Shown here piece by piece: positions 12,068 through 23,800 of a stretch of 45,757 nt of DNA; the first letter of the stretch is position 1, and every line of letters starts with the position of its first letter. Where the stretch lies: contig NC_057720.1 of NCBI RefSeq assembly GCF_004010195.1, positions 25,356,111 to 25,401,867 of the forward strand. The letters run 5' to 3'. A program made the translations under genes and the position numbers. The notes under the pieces were generated by a model. That model saw only the letters and a list, made by a program, of their open reading frames with translations, did no database searches and was not told the origin of the DNA. Source of the stretch: Chiloscyllium plagiosum (taxonomy: Eukaryota).

Positions 12068-12260
12068 AGGGACCAGTTGGCTCAGTTGGTTTGATTGGAA
12101 GCACCCAGTGTTACTGATGGCTGTTCTGATTACACAGATGTCATCAGCATAGAGTTCGATCCTTATTTCAGTTGGGGTGGACATGCCTTCTTGCCAGAAA
12201 CATGGTGAAGGCTGTTGGTGCTACGGGTCAGACTATCTTTAGACAGAAAACTGAAGAAGG
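12068..12260 (+). mobile_element. tRNA-derived SINE relic
   Basis: A-box-like tggctcagttgg and B-box-like gagttcgatcc. Confidence 0.5.
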
Positions 12261-12739
12261 AACATTTTCAACCAGTGGGGAGAATAAGGTGAGCAACATT
12301 TAACAGAATTCAATTCTTAAATAGCGATACAGATATATTTCCTGTTAGGGCCTCAGTATATGGATACATAGAGTGGCAGAAGATTTTTGCAGTCCTTATC
12401 TGCTTTCATCTCTGTTGCATAAAACATCTCTCCAAAGAAATGAGGAAGAATGCATCGATCCCACCAGGCTGCTCTGGATGTGGCAATTGGTAAGTGCAGC
12501 ATTAATAATGGCTTGGGAGCGTGTTAGAATTTCCACTCAGTTGGTTGCAGATTATATGAAGACTTGGCAACTTGCAACTTGGCTAAACATGAAGGAAGAA
12601 AATCTCTTTAGGAGATTCCAAGAAACATTTAGAATGTTCTAAAAGCAAAGAAAACTCCTCTCATTTTCAAGGAACATTGAAAAAATTAGGAGCAGATGTA
12701 AATATTTAGCTTGACAAGGCCTGTCTCTTTAAACTTTTA

Positions 12740-13045
12740 AAAATTCATTTACAGGATGTGGGCGTCACTGGTTAGGCCATAAGGCAATTAAGTGTCAACC
12801 TCATTGTTTTGGGTCTGGAGTCACATGTAGCCCAGCAATTACTTTCCCTAAAGGACATTAGTGAACCAAACGGGTTTTTCCCTTGACAATGATTTCGCAG
12901 TCATTCAGAGTTTCCTAATTCCAGATATTTATTGAATTCAAATTCTACATCTGCCATGACAGGATTCAATCCCAGATCCTTTGAACATTATCACGGTCGC
13001 TGGATTATTTGTCCAGTGATAATGCCACTAGGCCGTCATCTCCCC
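12740..13045 (-). mobile_element. tRNA-derived SINE with L2-type tail
   Basis: The reverse complement starts ggggagatgacggcctagtgg (A box) and its tail (gacgcccacatcc..tgaat) matches L2 3' ends. Same family as the copies at 16453, 25443 and 44486. Confidence 0.75.
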
Positions 13046-13829
13046 TTGCTGATCTCACTGTTGATCTCAATCCCATCTTCTTGTCAACATTATCTGCCAA
13101 CATTCATTTCCTTCTGAACCATGCACATCATGCTAAGATGTTTTGATGGTTTTGTGGAACACACTACAGTACCTTGTTAATCAATGACCCTATTGATTAG
13201 CAGAAGTGAGCTATCTGGTTTCTAATTTGTATTTGCCACCAGGCATATTTTGCAGTTACTAAACAGACACGATTACCACAAGTATGTAGGCCCCAAGTGA
13301 TTCTCTTGGTTGCCATGGGAACTTGACAATTCCCTACTAGGGAACTTGCTTGTGTCATACATACAGGATTTGTGTGTCCGACATACAGGATTTAAAATAA
13401 AAATTATGTGAGAAATTGAGGTACTTGAGTGCGAGATTATTTCAGCCTGAAGATATAGTTTTATATGTTACTCCATTACCACAAGTTATTGTCAATATTG
13501 TCAATACCTTCCCAAAGTACAATGCAGGATTATATTTACAATATTTTGGTTTTCACAGGAGACTAACAGTTTCAAGCCAACTCGTTCAAATGAAATTGTA
13601 AACAGTTTCTTTTAAAATGTACTTCTAGTGGTGATATCATAATGGCCAAAGGAAGTTTTCATCCCTGGTTTCAGACCTTAGACTGGGACATAGCTCCTGT
13701 TGAAATTCCACTACAGAAACAGAAGCAATTTAGTCATGCTTTTTGTCTTGATCAAAACATCTATTAGGAAACTTCCTTCCACTGAAATCCCTAGAAAGAA
13801 AAGACAATGATACTTGTGAATTCAGGGTG

Positions 13830-14110
13830 AACTATTTAGGGTGGAAATGAGAAGACACTCCTTCACCCAAAGAGTGGTGAGCCTGTGGAATTCTTTACCA
13901 CAGGAAGTAGTTGGTGCCAAAACATTGAATATATTCAAGAGGTGGCTAGATATAGCACTTGGGGCAAATGGAATCAAAGGTTATGGGGTGAAAGCAGGAT
14001 TAGGTTTTTGAGTTGGACGATCGGCCATGATCACGATGAATGGCGAAGCAGGTTCAAAGAGCTGAATGGCCTCCTCTTGTTCCTATCTTCTATGTTTCTA
14101 TGTTTCTATA
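13830..14110 (+). mobile_element. CR1 3' end
   Basis: FRVEMRRHSFTQRVVSLWNSL, CR1 3' UTR and a (tctatgtt)n tail. Confidence 0.85.
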
Positions 14111-14559
14111 CTGGACTGATCTGTCTTGTATATCTTAAAATGGAGCTTTAGCACAACCAGTACATCAATATCCATATATTACTGGTTTGTAGAAGCTTGT
14201 TCTGGTACTTCCAGTGTTTTTTTTATCATGGTTAATGTGTTACAGTAAATGCAACTTTTCTCAATCAGACAGACCGTCAGGATCTTGGCCTCCGCAGTAT
14301 TTTATTTTTCTAATATATTTCATTGGCATAGAGTAAAAATCAATCAAGCACAAAGAATCCTGGAGCCAAGCATCTAGTTAAACTATGTGCTTTAGCATTG
14401 AAGTCAATGAAATTTGATCACTATAATAAGGAATGTCAACTCTCAAAACGGAATGTTTTTGTGCTATTGGAGCCAAAATACTTCAAGAACTAGTGTCCCA
14501 CAATCAATACATCTTACACTGTACTTTAAAACCAATCTTTCAATAGCTTCATCTGTTAT

Positions 14560-15010
14560 TTGCATTTATTTTAGATAACATGATTCAAGACTGGTTTCTT
14601 GATAAAGTACTCATAAGCTTTTTGTTTTACAGTGATTATGTTGCCTGATTTGTAAGCTAATTTTTAAAAAAAAACTTATCAAAGTAATTAAATCTTCAGC
14701 ATGAAACCTGCCAAAAGTTTTGTGAAAATCAAATGGATAATAACCACTGAGTTTCCTTCATTTGCTGTATCAGTAATACCTTCAAACACAATTCAAGTTT
14801 GTTAGCTATCATTTCCCTTTTTGAAATTCATTTTTACCAAGCTGTTCTTTATCTTACAACAAATGTCAAGTTGACTAGTCTGAAGTTTCAAGATATTGTC
14901 TTCTGGTGATTTTTTTCCAAATATTCAAGTAATAATTGGCATTACCAGCCCTTCAATCAGTACCACCATATTTAATGAACATTTAAAAATGCTAATTAAG
15001 ATCTCATTAA
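14560..15010 (-). mobile_element. Highly decayed CR1 RT fragment
   Basis: Remnants of the GRSCLTNLIEF and NYRPVSLT regions on the minus strand. Confidence 0.45.
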
Positions 15011-16452
15011 CTATTATATTCTTTTCCTTTAAAACACATTCATTTTTACTTGTCTGAGGGCAGTCAAACTCCATATAAGCAGTTCCATCATTATCTTTGC
15101 ATTACCAGCTCCACCTCCACAGGTGTCCGTAAAAATCCGATTCGTGACTTAGGCAAATCTTGAGAAGAATCTGTGTTTATATTTCAGACATCACGAAGAG
15201 AATTGCTTGTTCTTGCAAATAAATTAAAAATACTCCACACTCCTTTCCTTGTGTGAATGGTTGGCCTGCCTTAATCATAGAACTGCAGAGTTTTAAGGAT
15301 AGATGGAGGCCATTCAGCACACTCCTGAAAGAGCTAATCAGCTAGTGCCATTCTCCAGCATTATCCCTCTATATTAATCACTTTCAAATATATACCTAGT
15401 TCTCTTATGACACCTCCTAAGTTATCTGCCTCCACCTGTCTCCCAGGCAACACATTCCAAATCCTAACAACTTTGTGAATTAGGAAGTTTCTCTGCATCT
15501 CACTCCAAGTTCTCTTGTTGACAATTGTGGAATTGTGATTCAGAAGTTAATGGGATATCAATAAGTGGAAACAGAACATTATTCTTGACCGTATAAAAAC
15601 TGTTTGTAATTTTGAACACCTCAATAAAGTCACCTCTTAATGTTTTCTGTTCCAAGAGGAATACGCCCAATTTCTCAAATCTTTCTTGTATCTAAAATAC
15701 CTCATTCCTGGTATCATTCTCGTGAATCACGAAGGCTTTAGCATTCTTCCTTAAATAAGGTGCCAGAACTGAACACAATATTTAAAATGTAGTCTGGCCA
15801 ATGATTTTACAATTGTATACTCCATGCATCCAACCAAGGATCCTATAAGCCTTTTTAACAACTGTTTCAACTTGCCTGGCCACTTTCAGAAAATTATACA
15901 CTTGAACTCCGAGGTCCCTCTGCTTCTGTACTCCCCTCATAGTTGTACCTTTGAGCCTGTATTATCTCTCTACGTTTTTTCTACCAAAACATTTCTCTCC
16001 ATTGAAATTCATTTGCCAGGTGTCTGTCCATTTGGCCAACTTGTCAAAATCTCTCTGAAGTTACTCAGCATCATTCTCACAATTCACTATTCTCTCTAGC
16101 TTCATAGCGTTTACAGATTTAGAGATTATACCCTCAACATCCATCTCCAAATCATTTATACAAACCAGAAAAAGCAAGTATCTTTCCACCAATCCCTGGG
16201 GATCTCCATTTTCATCTCATCTCCAGCCTGAGAAATGCCCATCTATATCTACCCCTCTGTTTTCTTTCTTTTAACCAACTTCTAATCCATGCTGCCAAGC
16301 ATATTTAATCCCGAACATTTCTAATTTGCTAACCAACCTACCATGTGGTAATGTATCAAATGTTTTCTGAAAGTCCTAATAGACAATATCCACTATCATC
16401 TTGACTGTCTAGTAGTAACTTATTTTTCTCCAAAAATAAACTTATCTGATCC

Positions 16453-16776
16453 TTTCTTTTATTCATTCATGGGATGTGGGAGTCACAGGCTAGGCCAGCA
16501 TTTATTGTCCATCGCCAATCACCCAGAGAGAGAGGTTAAGAGTCAACCACATTGGGTCTGAAGTCACATGTAGGCCGGAGCAGGTAAGAATGACAGTTTT
16601 CTTCCCTCAAGGACAACAAATTATTCATGGTCATTTTTAGACCCTTAATTCCAGATTTTTATTGAATTCAAATTCTACCATCTGCTACGGCTGCATTCGA
16701 ATATGGGTCGCTAGAATATTCCCTAGGTCTCTGGATCAACAGTATAGCGATAATACCATTAGACCATCAGCTCTCC
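16453..16776 (-). mobile_element. tRNA-derived SINE with L2-type tail
   Basis: tttattcattcatgggatgtggg..ttgaattcaaattc..attcgaa..; same family as 12740. Confidence 0.8.
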
Positions 16777-17084
16777 AGATATATTATAACCTCCTTCAGT
16801 TTTCCAACTATTGATGTCAAGCTGTAGTTTCTTGGGTTATCCCTTATCTTTTCTTAAACAGTGGCATCACATTTGCAATCCTCCAATCCCCGAGCACTTA
16901 CCCTGAGTTCAAAAAGGCCTAGAAAATTTCTGTCAGCAGCTCCACGATTTGCTCCCTTACATCTCTCAGCAAACTAGGATGCATCCAGGCCTGCCAACTT
17001 CTCTTCCTGGACTGCTGCCAACCTTTTAAACACTTCTTCTTTATCTATCACTACACTGCTGAGTTGCTCAATGCCATCTTTTAT

Positions 17085-17404
17085 GGGCGGCATGGTGGCA
17101 CAGCGGTTAGCACTGCTGCCTCACAGTGCTAGAGACCCGGGTTCAATTCCCGCCTCAGGCAACTCTCTGTGTGGAGTTTGCACATTCTCCCCGTGTCTGT
17201 GTGGGTTTCCTCTGGGCGCTCCGGTTTCCTCCCATAGTCCAAAAATGTGCAGTTTAGGTGAATTGGCCATGCTAAATTGTCCCTAGTGTTAAGTGAAGGA
17301 GTTAAATGTAGGGGAATGGGTCGGCGTGGACTTGTTGGGGAAGCGCATAGGAGTGGACTTGTTGGGTTGAAGGGCCTGTTTCCACACTGTAAGTAATCTA
17401 ATCT
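17085..17404 (+). mobile_element. Full-length V-SINE (HE1-like)
   Basis: tRNA head (tggcacagcgg A box, ggttcaattcc B box), V domain gtgtggagtttgcacattctccccgtgtctg, CR1-type (taatc)n tail. Confidence 0.92.
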
Positions 17405-17839
17405 TGTAATTTGGTAAAAACAGAAGCAAAGCGTTTATTTAATGTCTTGGGCATACCATTTGCTTCAGTGAGCAGTTTACCCTGCTTTTTCTTTAGAGGC
17501 CCCACACTATCCTTTTACTATTAAAATGTTTGAGGAACTTTATATTATGATTGCTATTTCCCAACTGGGGTGTCTCAATCTGACTTTCTCCATTTGGCCT
17601 GCATCAGTTCCTTGGACCACATAATTTCCTCTCTGGTAGGACCAGAAATGCTCTGTTCCAGAAAATTCTCCTGTACATGTTGTGGTATTTTCTCTCTTTC
17701 CGTGCCCCACATTCTACCTTTTCTAGTCTACCCTAGGGTTATTGAAATCACAACACTACTTGTTCTGCCAATTTCCATAATCTGCCTACAACTGGTCTCT
17801 TCTACTTCCTCCCCACTATTTGGAAGTCAATAATAAATA

Positions 17840-17971
17840 GGAGAAAGTGAGGACTGCAGATGCTGGAGATCAGAGTCAAAAAGTGTGGTGCTGGAAAAGC
17901 GCAGCCAGTCAGGCAGCATCCAAGGAGTAGGACAGTTGATGTTTCAGGCATAAGCCCTTTATCAGGAATGT
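17840..17971 (-). mobile_element. Penelope 3' fragment with degenerate hammerhead and 14-bp TSD
   Basis: Reverse complement CTGATAA-A-GGGC-ttat-GCCT-GAAA-CA-TC; TSD gtc(a/t)ataataaata at 17826-17839 and 17972-17985. Confidence 0.85.
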
Positions 17972-18015
17972 GTCTATAATAAATACCCAACAAGATCACC
18001 ACTCCCTTAATTTAA

Positions 18016-18310
18016 GGATGGCATGGTGGCTCAGTGGTTAGCACTGCTACCTCACAGCACTGCGGACCTGGGTTCGATTCCCGCCTTGGATGACTGTCTG
18101 CATGGAGTTTGCACATTCTCCCTGTGTCTATGTGGGTTTCCTCCCACTGTCCAAAAGATGTGCAGGTTAGGTGAATTGGTCATGCTAAATTGCCCATAGT
18201 GTTAGGGCATTAGTCACAGGGAAATGGGTCTGGGTGAGTGACTCTTCAGAGGGTCAGTGTGGACTTGTTGGGCCGAAGGGCTTGTTTCCACACTGTAGGG
18301 AATCTAATCT
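18016..18310 (+). mobile_element. V-SINE (HE1-like)
   Basis: tggctcagtgg and ggttcgattcc boxes, V domain, taatct tail. Confidence 0.9.
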
Positions 18311-18337
18311 GTTTCTGTTTCTCACCTCCATCCATCT

Positions 18338-19485
18338 AGAACATAGAACATAGAACAGTACAGCACAGAACAGGCTCTTCAGCCCACGATGTTGTGCTGA
18401 CCACTGATCCTCATGTATGCACCCTCAAATTTCTGTGACCATATGTATGTCGAGGAGTCTCTTAAATGTCCCCAATGACCCTGCCTCCACAACTGCTGCT
18501 GGCAACGCATTCCATGCTCTCACAACTCTCTGTGTAAAGAACCCGCCTCTGACATCCCCTCTATACTTTCCTCCAACCAGCTTAAAACTATGACCCCTCA
18601 TGTTAGCCATTTCTGCCCTGGGTAATAGTCTCTGGCTATCNNNNNNNNNNNNNNNNNNNNNNNNNNNNNNNNNNNNNNNNNNNNNNNNNNNNNNNNNNNN
18701 NNNNNNNNNNNNNNNNNNNNNNNNNNNNNNNNNNNNNNNNNNNNNNNNNNNNNNNNNNNNNNNNNNNNNNNNNNNNNNNNNNNNNNNNNNNNNNNNNNNN
18801 NNNNNNNNATATGCTTTCTTAACAACTCTGTCCACTTGGGTGGCCATTTTAAGGGATCTATGTACCTGCACACCAAGATCCCTCTGTTCATCCACACTAC
18901 CAAGAATCCTATCCTTAATCCTGTACTCAGCTTTCAAATTTGACCTTCCAAAATGCATCACCTTGCATTTATCCAGGTTGAACTCCATCTGCCACCTCTC
19001 AGCCCATCTCTGCATCCTGTCAATGTCCCGCTGCAGCCCTACAACAGCCCTCTATACTGTCAATGACACCTCCAACCTTTGTGTCATCTGCAAACTTGCT
19101 GACCCATCCTTCAATCCCCTCATCCAAGTCATTAATAAAAATTACAAACAATAGAGCCCAAGGACAGAGCCCTGTGGAATACCACTCACCACAGACTTCC
19201 AGGCAGAATATTTTCCTTCACATCCACAGCTCGAACCTCATCAACTTTTCTAGTCACATCCTCAAAGAACTCGATAAGGTTTGTGAGGCATGACCTGCCC
19301 CTCACAAAGCCGTGTTGACTGCATTTAATCAAGCCATACTCTTCCAGATGGTCATAAATCCTATTCCTCAGAATCCTTTCTAACACCTTGCAGACGGCAC
19401 TTGTGAGACTTACTGGTCTGTAATTGCCGGGGATTTCCCTATTTCCTTTCTTGAAGGGAGGAATTACATTTGCCTCTCTCCAGTC
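18338..19485 (-). mobile_element. Young 5'-truncated CR1 with an internal deletion
   Basis: RT motifs QHGFVRGRSCLTNLIEFF, WAERWQMEFNLDKC, FFTQRVV; (tagaaca)n tail; deletion near 19215. Confidence 0.92.
18641..18808. other. Assembly gap (168 N)
   Basis: Run of N characters. Confidence 1.
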
Positions 19486-19524
19486 TGATTCTGATTCAGG
19501 GACAGCATCTCATTCAAAGGCTAT

Positions 19525-20762
19525 GATACTATCTTTCACCAACCTTTTGACATTGGGTCCTTCGTAATCCCCTTTTCAGTTGTGGTGAGTGAGCCGACTT
19601 CTTCCAGAACCTTCCTCAGTCACTTCTCAATTACTGCTGTCTATTCAAAGAGATATCTCTGACAAATAGAGATCAAATGGTGAATGAAGTAGAGATCTCC
19701 ATCAAGCTAAAGTATGTGAGGTTATTTTCTGAGATATTTGGATTTAATTTAATTAAATCAGTATAATTTAATTGAATTTCATCTAACAACTAACTTCCTA
19801 AGGGTTTTTGTAGGGTTTGCACTGGTGGGCATGGAAGATGCAAGCTTTTTCTGATTTCTATTCATATCATGGCAAAAGTCATGCTATTTCACACTTCAGC
19901 ACAAAGAAAAGGCCATTCAACTCAACAAGTCCATGCCAGCAACATATATTCAACTATATGTGTTCATAAGGAAACGATTCGCAAAAGAAAAATGTCACGG
20001 GCAAAGTTGCAAAAGTAATGGTATGTGACAAAACTGAAAATCAGTCCTCAAAAGGTGAAGTTTTCTTTTTCAGCAAGTTATCTGTTTAAAGATTCTGGAA
20101 ATGTAATAGTTCCTTGGGATAAATCATTTGAAGTTTTCCTTTGCTTCATACACAATTTGCAGTTACTAAGTGTATCTTTTGGGGAATACAATACATGAAC
20201 TTCCATTACACATGCCAGTCTTCACTAAGAATATGGTCAGAGCCCCAGATAAGGATATTTATCCAGATTCTCCTTGATTTAATCTTTTTTAGCAATTAAA
20301 AATATCCATAGACTTCATACCATAGCTAACAAAGTTCACAATTTTCTCCTGGACTGTATTTTTAACAGTACCTTAACTACAGCAACAATAAAAGCAAAAT
20401 ACTGCAGATGCTGGAAATCTGAGACGAGCACAGTGAATGCTGGGGAGCATTTGTGGAGAGAGAAACAGAGTTTGCATTTCAGAACTGAAGGAGAATCATA
20501 CCAGACTCGAAAGAAATAAGTCAGAATTGAGGATGTCCTCTGATGATTGCCTACAAGAATTGACCAGAGGTTAGGTGTCCTGTGGTGAATAACACATCTC
20601 CTGACTTCCGAAAGGTTGCTACCCTCTGCTAGAATCAGCAGTAATTGAGAAGTGACTGAGGAAGACTCTGGAAGAAGTTGGCTCACTCACCACAACTGAA
20701 TTACAAGGGAACAAGGGAATTACAAAGGATCTGATGTCAAAGGTTGCTGATAGAATACTATC
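19525..20762. repeat. Long-range inverted repeat pair (cores 19575-19639 and 20636-20700)
   Basis: The 65-bp cores are reverse complements with 3 mismatches; weaker similarity extends outward about 50-60 bp. Confidence 0.85.
20385..20512. mobile_element. Penelope-derived hairpin remnant
   Basis: aaaatactgcagatgctggaaatctgag..ggagagagaaacagagtt..ctgaagga..ctcgaaa. Confidence 0.65.
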
Positions 20763-20779
20763 CACTTCCCTGTCTGATA

Positions 20780-21075
20780 TGCAGCTCAACAACACTCACA
20801 AAAGTTAGCATCATCCAGAACAAAGCAACATGTTTGATCAGCACCCCATACACACGAGCATAATGCTACCAAGCCATACACCATTCTTACTTCTTGGAAC
20901 TATATTGATACTGCATCAAAGTCCATGAACTCTTCCCAACAGGATTAAATGTCCTAAACTGTAATGGTTTGAGGAGGTGGCTCACCATCATATTCTCAAG
21001 GTTAATTAGTAATTGGCAATAATTGTTGGCCTTGCCAGTGATACTGACATCATGAGCAAATATTGAAAAAGAGAA
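20780..21075 (+). mobile_element. L2 LINE 3' fragment
   Basis: IIQNKATCLI (from DTIQDKAARLI) and tail ggcaataat..tggccttgccagtgat..acatcatg. Confidence 0.7.
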
Positions 21076-21189
21076 TTTGTTGTCATTAGTATCTTTCAGA
21101 CTGCAAATGGTCAGTTGGTTTATTTTGGTGATGTTGACTGGAGCACCTTGAACTTTGAATAGTTCTATGGAATGTTTTAGTTCACTCAT

Positions 21190-21366
21190 AGAGACTTCAG
21201 TTTAGCGATTTGTTCAAAGGGCAATAAATCGTCTTTCAACAGTACTGCACTCCTTCAGTGCTGCACTGATGTGCCAACCTGTATTGTGCTGTTGAAGTCC
21301 TGTGGTCACATTTTAACTCATGACCTTGTGGCTATGAACATGCTACTACTCAGCTAGGCTGACACA
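21190..21366 (-). mobile_element. Deu-SINE 5' part
   Basis: cagtactgcactccttcagtgctgcactg (Deu-domain-like); the reverse-complemented head reads gtgtcagcctagctgagtagtagc. Confidence 0.6.
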
Positions 21367-21544
21367 GAATACTGAAATTCTTATGCATGTCACATTTTCT
21401 TCAATTTAGCCCATTCTTTCACCTCATGCTACACATTCTCTTACGTTTTTGCACAAACGATACCTACAACTTTAGCATACAGTGAAAATAAACTGAACTC
21501 ACTGTAATGATTTCCACAACAATATGTATTTGTAGGAGGACAGC

Positions 21545-22400
21545 ATCAAACTGGTGTCTGGGGCAATTGTAGCATCATGTTTGGGGGAGGTGGTGTTAGG
21601 GGAGGCAAAAGCTCTGTGCTGGGATCCTTGTTATTTTTAAATCTCACAAATGTCCTTGGAAACAGAAATTAACTGAGTATTTGCAGTGGATTTTTAAGAA
21701 GTGTGCAGTAGGAATGGATGATGCAATTAATGTCTTGCAGAAGGATTTAAATCTGTTTTCAATTGATTAGATAAATGGCAAAACACAATGAATACTGACA
21801 AATACAAAGTGCTACTCATTGGAAGAAAGATGGAACAACATAGATAGAGAACAGGGGAATAGAATTAGCACAAGGAGACTTTGAAAGGGGTATGGAAGTG
21901 CCTTCAATGTCGAGACAATGTGGAAAAGCAATTTAAGAGACAAATAGAATTTTGGAACAAATAGCCAGACGGTGGAGTTTTGCTGACACTTTATAAAGCA
22001 CAGGTTAGACCTCAGTTGCATACTGTATGGAACTCTGGTTGCTACACTTCAAAGAGAACATACAGGCATTGAGCAGGGTGCAGAGAACTGAACTGTAAAG
22101 ACGATAAGCTGGGAGAAAAGATTAAAAAAAAGCTTAAGCGCAGCAGTCTGGAGAAAAGGTTAGGATAACTTCATTGAAGGTACATAAAGTATTAAATGGC
22201 AGAGATAAGGTAAACTCAGAATATTACTTTAAGTTCATGCTGCAGACAACAGATTATAAATTTAAATTTGCAAAAAGCACATTTTAAATAGAATGCATTT
22301 AAGAATGACACACCAGCTGGAGTCTTACTAAGAAGGTTTTAGAGAATTACATACAGCCAAGTCTTAATTGTGGTTCATTTACATCCAGAAGGGATAATTG
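21545..22400 (+). mobile_element. Old CR1 RT relic
   Basis: VLGSLLF, LQKDLN, LYKAQVRPQLHT, IQALSRVQR. Confidence 0.7.
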
Positions 22401-22529
22401 AGTAGAGGGATTTGCTTTGATTAATGAATTTTTGATATGGTTCTGGCAGAAATCATTCAATGTCAGAGTCTCTATTCAACAATTTAATTTAACATTATTC
22501 TATACCATTCAATCTTCATAGCTAAATTA

Positions 22530-22790
22530 TAGAATCTTAGAGACCACTCAGCCCATTGTATTCTATGAAAGAGCTATCTAATTAATACAACTCTGTTGCT
22601 TTTTTACTACAGCAGTTCTGTTCCTTTCATGTAGTTGTCTAGCTCTCTTTTAAAATTTGGTTATTGAATATACTTCAACTATGCTTTCAGGAGGTGTAAT
22701 CCAGATCATAGCATCTTACTATTAAATTCATTTTTCCTCATCTCAATTCTTTTACCAATTACAATTACTGTAACTCCTTTCTACCGACTG
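22530..22790 (-). mobile_element. Old CR1 3' end
   Basis: Similar to the 3' UTR remnants at 15275-15560 and 43465-43735. Confidence 0.55.
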
Positions 22791-23077
22791 GAAATGCATG
22801 AGGAATTGTTACATCCATGTTGCTTGCCCATACTGTGGCCACAGCACATATCCAACTGATGCTTTTGTGGTCATGTCAGCAGCTTGGATCAGCTTTAGAT
22901 TTCACTGTAAATCATCCTTTGTCAGCACCAAGTCATTACAGTTTTCAATTTGTGATTGGATCACAATCATAATGGGATTTTTTGCAGTGCTGCTTTCTGA
23001 GGGCAGATCCAATGTGTTAAGGGTTTGCAGGGAGTTTCTACAAAGCTCAGTGGTAGATAATGGGATTCTTAATCCCA

Positions 23078-23800
23078 GAACAGAAAGTGAGGACTGTAGA
23101 TGCTGGAGATCAGAGTTGAAAAGTGTGGCACTGGAAAAGTACAACAGGTCAGGCAGCATCTGAGGAGCAGGAGAGTAAATGTTTTGGGCATAAGGCCTTC
23201 ATCAGGAATGTGAGGGTGGAAGGGAACTGAGACATAAATAGGAGAGGCGGTGGGACTGAGGGGAATGTAGTTAGGAAGGTGATAGGTAGAGGTAGATGAG
23301 GGTGTGATGGTGATAGGTCGGAGCAGGGGATGGAGTGGATAGGTGAGAAGGAAGATGGACAGGTGGGACAGTTCAAGAGGACGGTGCTGAGTTGGAGGGT
23401 TGGATCTGGGATGAGGTGGGGAGAGGGAAGATGAAGAAACTGGTGAAATCAACATTGATGCCATGTGGTGGGAGGGTCCCAAGGCAGAAGATGAGGCATT
23501 CTTCCTCCACATGTTTGGTGGCTAGGAATTGGTGTGGAGGAGGCCCAGGACTTGCATGTCCTTGGCAGAGTGGGAGGGAGAGTCGAAGTGATTGGCCACA
23601 GGGCGGTGGGGTTGTTTGGTTCATGTATCCCAGAGATGTTCTCTAAAACATTCTGACGCCTGGAGGAAAAACACCTCATCTTTTACTTTGGGACCCTCCG
23701 ACCACACGGCATCAACATCAATTTCACCAGTTTCCCCATCTCCTCTCCCCCCACTGCATTCCAGTCCAACCTTTCAATTCAGCATCACCCTCTTGAACTG
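23078..23800 (-). mobile_element. Penelope element 3' part (GIY-YIG C-terminus) with an inverted 5' copy
   Basis: Minus strand: FREHL..PVANHFDSPSHSAKDMQVLGLL / EEECLIFCLGTLPPHGINVDFTSF. 23655-23800 is a plus-strand copy of the same segment. Hammerhead core CTGATGA at 23199-23205 (minus). Confidence 0.88.

Larger units (their letters stand above)
15275..18335 (-). mobile_element. Long old CR1 ORF2 relic (endonuclease to 3' UTR), hosting four younger insertions
   Basis: Minus strand: APE-domain text (VILLGIYY..PNSGEEVEE..CRQIM) near 17770-18010, RT motifs at 15600-16400, 3' UTR near 15275. Confidence 0.75.

Noticed and set aside
13351..13393. 22-bp tandem duplication as a CRISPR-like or functional repeat
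   Set aside because: Only two units and no spacers; an ordinary slippage duplication in eukaryotic DNA.
14633..14651. 19-nt micro-exon (ttttacag..gtaagc)
   Set aside because: It lies within a decayed antisense CR1, where splice-like signals are expected by chance.
17085..17160. tRNA gene
   Set aside because: The A and B boxes belong to a SINE head that continues into the V domain; no full cloverleaf.
18425..19154. ORFs spanning the N run
   Set aside because: Their length is an artefact of the assembly gap within a CR1 copy.
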